A stretch of 64,000 nt of DNA from Daphnia carinata (lineage: Eukaryota). The notes under the pieces are model-generated. The model was not told the DNA's origin, did not search any database, and worked only from the letters and a program-made list of their open reading frames with translations. Both the position numbers and the translations under genes were made by a program. The DNA is taken from NCBI RefSeq assembly GCF_022539665.2, contig NC_081331.1, forward strand, positions 12,524,001 through 12,588,000, in the 5' to 3' direction. Positions 54,335-64,000 of the stretch are shown in pieces; the stretch's first letter is position 1, and each line of letters opens with the position of its first letter.

Positions 54335-55966
54335 ATGTCGCATCAAACTGGAATCAGAGGTACATTTGTGATAAAAACGTTCGGGTCGAGTGATTTTCAA
54401 CTTGAGTTCCTCATTCAGGAAACAACGAGCTTATTTCATTTTTCGGCAAGTGCAGGGATGGACAAATTCGAGTCTTCAGAGTTTCAATCATAAATGGTAA
54501 TTGGGTTGTGTTAGGAATGTGTATACTTTTGGCTGATAAAATAATACTGATTATCAACATTGGAATTTGATCAATAAGTATTTGACGTTCACCCATGATA
54601 GCTTATCATTTAAGCCATTGTTTATAAGCAAATATTGAACTTTAATTATGCTTTACAGAGGAATTAAGCCTAAATGAATTTGCAAAAAAGCAGTCAAACT
54701 GGGAAGAAGATTTTGACAACTTAATTCCTTTCCTACTGGAAGAAAATCAACCGGCCTACCTCCTCTTCAGGTAATCCCAACAGGTTCCTTGTGAATTTTT
54801 TTGTTACTGAAGTTTACATATTATGCAGGTTTGATTCTCAAAACTCCTTGGGCTATGAGTGGCTCTTTATTACTTGGATACCTGAGCATGCCCCAGTAAG
54901 AGAAAAAATGATCTATGCATCAACTAAGGCCACTCTAAAAACCCAGTTTGGTACTGGGCAAATTAAAGAAGACATCCTTGGAACAGTTCCAGTCAGTATT
55001 AATTTAAATTGTGAATATCTTTTCATAACAAAGTAAAACTTAAACTAGTTTTTCTGTCTCCATACATCTGTTTAATAGGAGGATTTGACTCTTAAGGGCT
55101 ATCTTAAGCAAAAAAGAAATGCAGCAGCCCCAGCCCCTTTGACTATGGCAGAAGAAGAACTGGCGTTGGTTAAAAAAACCGAAACAAATGCACATATAGG
55201 TTACGATTCAAAACATCAAACACTCAGCGGCGTTGCTTTCCCTATCGCTGAAGCTGGGCTAAAGGCCATGATTGATTTCAAGCACAAAAGCTATTCTTAC
55301 GTCCAGCTAAGCATTGGTCAATGATATTTCGTATCAGCTTAGACGACTACGATACTGAACTTTTTTTCCCTTAAAAGATATGGCCAAGGAAATCGTCAAT
55401 CTTGAAAACGCAGAAGAGGTTAACGTCCACGTCTTGGGTAGTCGGGTACCAGATGATCATGGAAGATATCATCTCTTTCGTTTCCCGCATTCACACGAAG
55501 GCGATTTCCTTGAGAGCATAGGTTTGAAAGCTGCTGCATAGAGAATAAGACACCATACCACATATTTAATGATTTTTTTTTTTATTTCTTTCGGTTTTAC
55601 TAGTCTTTATCTATTCTATGCCTGGCTACGCATGCTCGATTCGCGAGCGCATGCTTTACTCGAGTTGTAAAGGACCTATCACTGACTTGATTGAAAACAA
55701 ACTGCTAATTCAAATTGACAAAAAGGTAAGCTGCGTGCATTAAATAATGTTTCACTTAATGTGCGTCGTTTAAAATTAGTGAATTGAAATTTTATTAAAT
55801 TCCCTAGATCGAAGTTGAGAAAGGAGAGGAATTGACAGAAGAGTTTGTGATGGATGAGTTGCACCCAAAAAAGAACCTTCACCAACCTAAATTTGAAAAA
55901 CCTAAAGGTCCTCCTGGGAGAGGCGCACGTCGCTTAACCAATCAAAAACCACAAGAGCATGTCTGA
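54335..55966 (+). CDS. twf: Twinfilin (two ADF-H domains)
   Basis: MSHQTGIR start; [47 protein letters not shown]-tail [15 protein letters not shown]. Confidence 0.96.
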
Positions 55967-56584
55967 TTTGTCACAACTAAAAACGCAAATACCCAGTTTT
56001 TTAAACATGCAGTTGAAAATGAAATGTCAGAAGCAAAGAGCATTGTTTTATGGTAAGTGCCTAGCTTATAGACTGTTTTCCTATCCAGTGGTATTTAATG
56101 GCAAGCGCAATTATAAGCTGTTTGTGTGATTTTGTGTGGAACAAATAATGAAACAAATTCGATTCGTCTTCTTTATCGGTTCATACCACGCAAAACGCTG
56201 CATTATTACATTATCAGGTAATATTGCGAACTCGGACAACAAAAATCGTAATGTGCAGTGAATCCTCACAATCTTACGTTTCTTACGCTACCTTACGCTA
56301 AGGAAAACGCGACCAAAGTTCATTTTTTTATTCTTCAGAGTTCGCTTACGAGGCATGAAGGATTGCGTGTTTTCTGAAACTGATTCATGAGATGGACCAG
56401 GAATATTGGGTTTTTGCTTTTCGGATTGCCATACATATCCACTTATCTATGGCAACCTGTTTATCCCAAAAAACAAACAAACAAAATCAGCCCTTTTTTT
56501 CAGATCGCCAATCAAGACGTCAACAAGACTAAATATCAATGACTAATTATATTTATGTGACCATCCAATCTTTGTAAGCTCTAT

Positions 56585-57779
56585 TCAGCTAGACGATGTT
56601 ACCAATTTTATTGGTAATGCGTTTTGTCCATTCAAATCTTTGTTGCTGTCCTCATTTTCACGATTTTCCTTATTAGTAGTAGTTTGCAAATTTGCTTTCA
56701 TGGCCAATTCTAAATCATGTGCAATTCCCAGTTTCCCAAGCGCTTCTTTTCTTTGAGGACTCTCAGCCGTTACTTCCCTATTCAAGTGACATTTTGGTTA
56801 AACTTCAAGCAAAAATTCTTTCTGAATAACTTCGTACCTATTGGCGGCTTCTTTCCATCCTTTCTTCCAGTAGCGTAAATCCTCAGCTGTAGTGCCACTA
56901 AGCTTCATGATTCCAACTGTTAGGACACCTGCTACTGTGCCCATGGCTGCTCCTGCAAAACCACCCGAGATCATTGCTTTTGGTCCCATCGGTAGCTTGT
57001 ACATAGCTCCTGCAGAAAAAATTTATTCAAGATTACAATAGTTCTTTAGGAAGGTAACATTTACCTGCCAGTAATCCACCAGCTGAGTATTCAAACACAC
57101 TTGATTTGTTCCTGTAGGTCGACACTGCTGTGGTAAAAAATCTATTGGTTTTGCCAACATTGTTAATCATTGTGCTTCAGAATTTTTTGGTTGTGGTTTG
57201 CCGAATTGTTGCATATACTCACGTGAAGGCCCCTGTGAAAAGAGCCAGTCTCCATCCCACTCTCCAGCCTCCTTGAGCCATAGACTTGGTTACACTGAAC
57301 TGTAATTTGCTCTGTTATGGTAAATCCTAATTAGATATACCTACATTGTTTTGTTTGAATTCAATGCTTACATTACTTTGGCTTCAAAATGATTTTCAAA
57401 TGTGGATGCTTTGTTCCTGTTTATGAAGTCATCATACTCAATCTTAGATGCAGGGATGCCTCCAAGGAACATTCCTGCAATTAGACCTGCAGCTCCAGCA
57501 GAGAGAACATTGTCCAGTTCAGGGCTGATGCTGTTAAACTCACTATTGCATGAATTGAGTTAACCAATAAGAACTAATGAAAGTGTTGAAATGGAAATAC
57601 TCAGTTTCGAATATAGATTTCAGTCGATCCCAGCCGGTTTCATTTCGAATATTCATATTTGCCCTCTCTGCTAGCTTCTGTGCAGTTGGAGAAGTTGGGT
57701 CAATAACATCGTTGTTCGATATTATTTCCACGCCAAAAATGGTAAGTCCTAATCGCACAGGTACTATTCGCTTCCACAT
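56585..57779 (-). CDS. TIMMDC1: TIMMDC1 / 140up (Tim17-family complex I assembly factor)
   Basis: ETGWDRLKSIF; NKASTFENHFEAK; AQGGWRVGWRL; TAVSTYRNKSSVFEY..GG..AGAMYK Tim17-like TM segments. Confidence 0.85.
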
Positions 57780-58434
57780 TTTTTTAACTTATACCGGTAG
57801 CGTATGTTTTGCTGGAAATTTACTAGCAGACAACAATTGCAAGATATCATTGTGTTAGGCAACCTCTTCTTCTGTCATTCAACGTATGTTGCAGTGAGCT
57901 AGCTGGCATGAACTCTTGTGGGCAAGTTCCCAAAAGGAATCTAGGGTTTACGACTTTTGGTTGCAAATTCCCGACACTTAGACTTCTAGTATAATTTAAT
58001 GTCATGACTTTGGTAATACTGCGTAATAGTGCGAACACCGAGAGAGTTGAATACTTTGCTATAGCACCCCTGCGCTACATCCTGCTAGCGCATCAACATT
58101 TGTTATAGTTTTTCCCCTTTTCCCCCAAATTTATGATCTCATGAAAAATAGAAAATCAATTTTCGTAATTCTTTTTTATTTAAAATCTTAAGCGCATCTG
58201 TTCGTTGCTAAATTGAATAATAATAAGGAATGTCAGTAGCAATGAACGGCTATTGCATCGCATGGATGTATCGGTATAAGATTATGAGTCAGATAACCGT
58301 TGATCAACATTTTATTGGTAAGTTACAAAGCTTAAAAAAAATCTTCACCAAAACAACCTTTACCAAACTTGCAAACTCACTGGATCGGCAACAGTGTTTT
58401 TCGCTAAACAAGTATTAAGCAGACGCCACTACAA

Positions 58435-59158
58435 ATGTTTTCAAGTTTTTCCAATATGGAAATCCTGAGAGCAAGCATACTAAAAACTTATTCTGCAATT
58501 GACGTCCATCGTGTTAAATGGAATGAAATACTTAAAAGTTTTGAATCATCACTTCAGGCTTTGGCAGGATTGGTTGATCAGTTAGAATGTGTTCTAAGAA
58601 CAGAACCTTGTGAGCTATCCAGAAACTTTCCTGATCTACAAGGTAAACTGGAACAGATCATCCGAGCCTTGGTGGAAGAGGAGATGACTACAATGACCAT
58701 TTTACTGTATGAAATACATAAATAAGTTTTTGCTAGAAATAATACTTTATAATTACAGTCAGAGAGGAGCTTAATCAATTGAACCAAAAAATAAAAAGCA
58801 TCTGTGAAGTTACTTATAAAGTTTATGTGGATTACTGTGATACGACACAATCTATCCCAGCAGTCTATCAAGGAACATCACTTTATCCACCAATTAGTCA
58901 AATGATTGAGTGGATAGATGATATCAACTTGTGCTATGTCAATAAGTATCAGCTTTGTAGATGATTTACACTTCATGGCACCATTTGATATAATCTTTGT
59001 TTGTTCACAGGCTGACCAACGCAAAATATTTACTTGAAGTTTTCGATTGTTCACCACAAGCTGTAATAAATTTACAAAGTATTTTGAATTTCAAGAATAA
59101 TTTTTCAACAGTTGATGCCATAATGGCTAAAATGTCTATTTTTCTTCTTGAAAACTAA
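58435..59158 (+). CDS. AIRIM: C1orf109/AIRIM-like (AFG2-interacting ribosome maturation factor), 3 exons
   Basis: Recalled similarity: W..IL..SLQAL..LVDQL; RNFPDLQGKL; PPISQMIEWIDDI...Y..K; KYLL; ends MSIFLLEN*. Spliced frame is open. Confidence 0.7.
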
Positions 59159-59839
59159 AATAATTTTCATACAATTGTATTTCAACAAATACATTCTGGT
59201 ACTCAAACAAGACCTGTCGATCTTTTACATCACTAACTTGGTTGCAGTATTTGAATTTTTTATTAATATTTAGGTTCATGTCTTTTTTTTTTGTTGGTGA
59301 TATCTTTTTAGGGATGGATTTTTGTCACGACTATTAAATAACCAAATATAATACCTACGGTGTTCACCAAGTTCCCGGTAGCCCAAAGGTTTTTGGAATA
59401 AATACATTGTGCAATGCCGTTAGCTGCGCAAGGGTACTAGAAGTCGATGCAGTGGGTTTTAGATTGTGAAAATTGTGGTTGTCAAGGAAAGACTGTTTGG
59501 CGTTCACGCAAAAGGATAATGCGTTAGAAAAATTTTTTGATTAAAAAAGGGCAGCATGTTGGTAGTTTACTCTGGTTAAGCGGAAAAAATATAATATAGA
59601 AAACTAAGAGTACGTTTAAAGGTTTTCGCCAATTTTATGGCAATCCGTTTTACACAAAAAAAAAAAAAATTTCGCCAAAAAAAAAAAGAAAAATCACACT
59701 TTTTTCTTTTTTTCCGACACGTAGCCATCTACCGCTCAGACTCGTTATTACTGGCGTAGGCAATTTCAGTCCATTGGATGCCATTCGCAGTTAGTTCAGG
59801 AACGTGGATGGAACGCGTGGCTGGAGGAACAATTGAAAA

Positions 59840-60600
59840 ATGGATAAGATAATACAACAAAAGGATGGTAAGTATAAACATTATTATATTGGTTTTCAAT
59901 TATTAACTATTGTTTATTAGATCAAATTATGAAGCTGCAGGCCCAATTATTGGAACAACACAAAATATTAGATAACAGCAAAGCTAAGGATGGAAAAGCC
60001 TAATACGTAATGATTCTATTTATTTGCTTTTATTCATTTGTGTTTTGTAGCTCAAATTTTGAGTCTACAAGCTCAGCTAGGGGAAAAGAACAAATTGGAA
60101 CGGAACAGTTTCCAAACAGTGAAAGAGGTTTTTCCAAACTCATCCCTAACTGAACATGAGGATGAATTGGCATTAGGTGAACACAGTCAGGTACCTAAAC
60201 TTTTCAAATAAGAATTCAAAATAAGTATAGAATTTTAAAAAACAATTATTTATTGTTTAGTTATTCAGTCTACCACCTGACAGTGTTTTAAAGTTAAATT
60301 CTGTTAGTGCTGCACTAAAAGAATTGTTAGTAATAAGTCCATGCAGCGAAGGAATTGAACAATTGTGGGACTGTATTTGGGCCGAAAATGGGTGTGGTAT
60401 GGAAACTGAGATATGGCATGAGTTCAACATAAAACATGAATTAGGTACTTTTCGGTTTTTTGTCTATTGAAAAAAGTATTTTTAATGCAATTATTTTGCA
60501 TTCACAGAATTTTAGTGGGGGATCAAGTCAAGTCTGGAAGTGTTACAGGATGGAAGAGTGAGCCTACAGTTGAAAAACACTGAAAGTGCATTACCATTAA
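59840..60600 (+). pseudogene. Decayed intron-containing gene of unknown family with coiled-coil repeats, running into the left palindrome arm
   Basis: Exon-like blocks MDKIIQQKD | DQIMKLQAQLLEQH.. | AQILSLQAQLGEK.. | LFSLPPDS..CIWAENGCG..; one donor looks mutated (GATG|GAAAAG) and the exon near 60510 has stops. Confidence 0.4.
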
Positions 60601-61367
60601 GGTATGAGGTAAAGTAATAGAGTATGCAAATTGTCTAATGAGAAGTACCATCTTGTGTGAATGAATCCTGTGTAACAGCAATCCTTTATAGTTCTGTCAC
60701 AGCTAGAGCCTCAAATAATTCTGCTGCTCTGGCTAAAGAACAACTTGTCCTTTACGTTCAGAGTGTTGGTGAAGCTGGGTACTTAAATGGCCCTAAAGAT
60801 GTTTCATTTCGTTGGCATTGCAGCGATGAACATCATACATGGACTGTTTAGGTATGAAAGGAATTTTCTTGAAAATTTTTTGAATTTATGACAAAGCATT
60901 TCTCCTGCTTTTTGCCAACCATGTCTAATCTAAAAAAAAAAATTATCCAATAGGAAAGGATTTTCAGCATACTGGGAACACAACTATCAACAATGCAACA
61001 TTCTAGGGGTGCTATTTTATCATTCAAGAGCCTTGTACAATGATTTTCATCTGCAATTTGTATGGCCTTTCCCAAGCTTCTGCCAGAAGTTGAATCTATA
61101 AGTCATGTAAGTCACATGAGCAACAATTGATATGTTTAATGGTGTTGTTTTTCTTTTCTCAATATAGGTTAATAGTAAAATTGGATCTGAAAAGATTCTT
61201 GGTTGGGGCAAGACACTGAATAAATTGTATTGATTGGATGGATGACATGACATTGCTATACTTAATTCGGATTCCCCAGACGGTATTTGATATTAAAAAA
61301 ATTGAAGTGCATATCTGGGCTCCCTTCTTTTCTGAAGCCCCGTTTCCCCTTGACTCATAATAAGCCC

Positions 61368-61680
61368 GTAGGGGGTCATGCCCCTACTGTACGGTATATA
61401 TAAAAACAACATATACCGAGGTTTGGAGGGCTCTGGCCGGAAAGGGGACGTGGGGTGCCGCTTAGTCCGATGATGTGTTCACGGAGGGTGACGTGGCTGC
61501 CCACAAATCCGAACTAAAGGTTAATCGCTCCTGTAAAAATGTTCCAAATCTTCAGCTCTTCTTCCGGCTTCTCTTAGCCAATCACCGGGTAATCTCCCCG
61601 GTGGGTCAACAAGGCAGTGTCTCCCCCTGCCTGGGTTGACGGCAACTTTTGAAAGGGCTATTGTGCCTTTTTAAAGTTGC
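61368..61680. other. GC-rich island with five stem-loops (mirror copy at ~62558-62870)
   Basis: gtagggg/cccctac (61368-61387); cggtatat/atataccg (61392-61418); caccggg/cccggtg (61583-61603); gtcaac..aggcag/ctgcct..gttgac (61605-61640); gcaacttt..aaagg/ccttt..aaagttgc (61642-61680). Confidence 0.7.
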
Positions 61681-61897
61681 AAAAATAATTGTAATGTGCA
61701 GAGAATTGTCAATAAAATTTTTTTTATAAAATGTTTTTTGCAAAATTTGTTATTTTCATTGTCTGTGTTCACACATTACATTTATCAACTTTTTTTTTTT
61801 TAGCTTGCTCATTTTACCTTTATTGTTTATGCCACCTTTGATGGTAAGTATTGTTTCCATTGGTTTATCGTTTATCTGTATGCATTTATTTATTATT

Positions 61898-61960
61898 CAG
61901 GGATCGAACCCTGGATGTTCGGCATACCGCGCCGATGCTTTACCAATGAGCCATGAATCA
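61898..61960 (-). pseudogene. Degenerate tRNA-like unit 1 (anticodon-position GGT)
   Basis: Reverse strand reads TGGCTCATTGGTAAAGCA-TCGGC-GCGGTAT-GCCGA-ACATC-CAGGGTTCGATCCCTG: A-box, perfect anticodon stem, B-box; no acceptor stem. Confidence 0.55.
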
Positions 61961-62079
61961 TATAATGTCAAGTCGGCTTTTTTCTAGTCACTTGCGGACT
62001 TGCATTTACACTTTGAATAAAACTGACCAATACTGCAATATTTTTTTCTACATTTAGACATAGCTCTTTATACATCTAC

Positions 62080-62142
62080 TAAGGTTTGAACCCAGGGTAA
62101 CAGTTATCGCAGCTGAATGCTCTACCACAGAGCTATGGACCT
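62080..62142 (-). pseudogene. Degenerate tRNA-like unit 2
   Basis: Reverse strand reads TAGCTCTGTGGTAGAGCA...CTGGGTTCAAACC: perfect D-stem GCTC/GAGC and a B-box; anticodon arm decayed. Confidence 0.45.
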
Positions 62143-62238
62143 TAAGAAGTGAATAGAAAGATAAACATATAGTTGTGAAAGACTGCATAAACATCCTAGA
62201 CGATAACATATGATATGCGATAATAAAAAATTTAAATA

Positions 62239-62307
62239 TATCTCGTGGCTCAATGTTATAGCATCGGCGTTGCACGCTGAATGTCTGGGGATCGATTCCC
62301 ATGCCAG
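62239..62307 (+). pseudogene. Degenerate tRNA-like unit 3 (anticodon-position TGC)
   Basis: TGGCTCAATGTTATAGCA-TCGGC-GTTGCAC-GCTGA-ATGTCTGGGGATCGATTCCC; mirror counterpart of unit 1. Confidence 0.5.
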
Positions 62308-64000
62308 TAAAACAATAAACAAATACAAAATTACTTCAGAAAATATCCATGTATTAGTATAATAAATAATAATTGAATACTTACAGATAAACGATACAAC
62401 GGTGGCAAAAACAATAAAGATGAATTGAGCAAGCTAAATAAAAAAAAAGTTGATAAATGTAATGTGTGAATTCAGACAATGAAAATAATAAATTTTGCAA
62501 AAAACATTTTATAAAAAAAATTTTATTGACAATTCTCTGCACATTACAATTATTTTTGCAACTTTAAAAAGGCACAATAGCCCTTTCAAGAGTTGCCGTC
62601 AACCCAGGCAGGGGGAGACACTGCCTTGTTGACCCACCGGGGAGATTACCCGGTGATTGGCTAAGAGAAGCCGGAAGAAGAGCTGAAGATTTGGAACATT
62701 TTTACAGGAGCGATTAACCTTTAGTTCGGATTTGTGGGCAGCCACGTCACCCTCCGTGAACACATCATCGGACTAAGCGGCACCCCACGTCCCCTTTCCG
62801 GCCAGAGCCCTCCAAACCTCGGTATATGTTGTTTTTATATATACCGTACAGTAGGGGCATGACCCCCTACGGGCTTATTATGAGTCAAGGGGAAACGGGG
62901 CTTCAGAAAAGAAGGGAGCCCAGATATGCACTTCAATTTTTTTAATATCAAATACCGTCTGGGGAATCCGAATTAAGTATAGCAATGTCATGTCATCCAT
63001 CCAATCAATACAATTTATTCAGTGTCTTGCCCCAACCAAGAATCTTTTCAGATCCAATTTTACTATTAACCTATATTGAGAAAAGAAAAACAACACCATT
63101 AAACATATCAATTGTTGCTCATGTGACTTACATGACTTATAGATTCAACTTCTGGCAGAAGCTTGGGAAAGGCCATACAAATTGCAGATGAAAATCATTG
63201 TACAAGGCTCTTGAATGATAAAATAGCACCCCTAGAATGTTGCATTGTTGATAGTTGTGTTCCCAGTATGCTGAAAATCCTTTCCTATTGGATAATTTTT
63301 TTTTTTAGATTAGACATGGTTGGCAAAAAGCAGGAGAAATGCTTTGTCATAAATTCAAAAAATTTTCAAGAAAATTCCTTTCATACCTAAACAGTCCATG
63401 TATGATGTTCATCGCTGCAATGCCAACGAAATGAAACATCTTTAGGGCCATTTAAGTACCCAGCTTCACCAACACTCTGAACGTAAAGGACAAGTTGTTC
63501 TTTAGCCAGAGCAGCAGAATTATTTGAGGCTCTAGCTGTGACAGAACTATAAAGGATTGCTGTTACACAGGATTCATTCACACAAGATGGTACTTCTCAT
63601 TAGACAATTTGCATACTCTATTACTTTACCTCATACCTTAATGGTAATGCACTTTCAGTGTTTTTCAACTGTAGGCTCACTCTTCCATCCTGTAACACTT
63701 CCAGACTTGACTTGATCCCCCACTAAAATTCTGTGTATGCAAAATAGTTGCATTAAAAATACTTTTTTCAATAGACAAAAAACCGAAAAGTACCTAATTC
63801 ATGTTTTATGTTGAACTCATGCCATATCTCAGTTTCCATACCACACCTATTTTCGGCCCAAATACAGTCCCACAATTGTTCAATTCCTTCGCTGCATGGA
63901 CTTATTACTAACAATTCTTTTAGTGCAGCACTAACAGAATTTAACTTTAAAACACTGTCAGGTGGTAGACTGAATAACTAAACAATAAATAATTGTTTTT

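Larger units (their letters stand above)
60238..64000. repeat. Giant inverted repeat: left arm ~60238-61810, right arm ~62430-64000 (likely continues past the window), centre ~62119
   Basis: Position x pairs with about 124238-x (e.g. 61501 ccacaaatcc vs 62728 ggatttgtgg); mirrored identical ORFs 60657/63581, 61075/63163, 61253/62985; only scattered mismatches. Confidence 0.95.

Noticed and set aside
62683..62720. CTGAAGA as a hammerhead ribozyme core
   Set aside because: No stem II followed by GAAA and no flanking stems.
60657..63581. Three pairs of identical short ORFs as duplicated genes
   Set aside because: They arise from the palindrome symmetry and show no recognisable protein features.
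1..64000. CRISPR array, rRNA or prokaryotic defence operon
   Set aside because: The window is eukaryotic and intron-rich; no repeat-spacer array or rRNA signature seen.

Overview
Gene-dense, AT-rich animal DNA with many short GT-AG introns (mostly ~55-120 bp). Gene content and intron style suggest a branchiopod crustacean such as Daphnia (inference). In order: a diverged ~600-bp foldback repeat; AdipoR (+); Mtr4/SKIV2L2 (-); four tandem SLC17/MFS anion transporters (-), interrupted by a shortened timeless (TIM1-type) paralogue and by an intact 4-exon chimeric gene (retrotransposon Gag capsid fused to an RNase H1-like domain lacking its catalytic residues); ABCB8 (-); two head-to-head GT31 beta-1,3-glycosyltransferases; an RR-1 cuticle protein; a clip-domain serine protease homologue; a tRNA-derived SINE-like head; DOHH; RIC1; twinfilin; TIMMDC1; C1orf109/AIRIM. 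The window ends in a >3.7-kb palindrome (near-identical arms of at least 1.57 kb) whose arms carry GC-rich hairpins and decayed exons and whose centre holds three degenerate tRNA-like units. Strongest candidates for novelty: the Gag-pseudoRNaseH1 gene, the palindrome, and a His/Trp-repeat loop in one SLC17 paralogue. Exon structures were spliced by eye and family calls rest on recalled motifs; no database searches were run.
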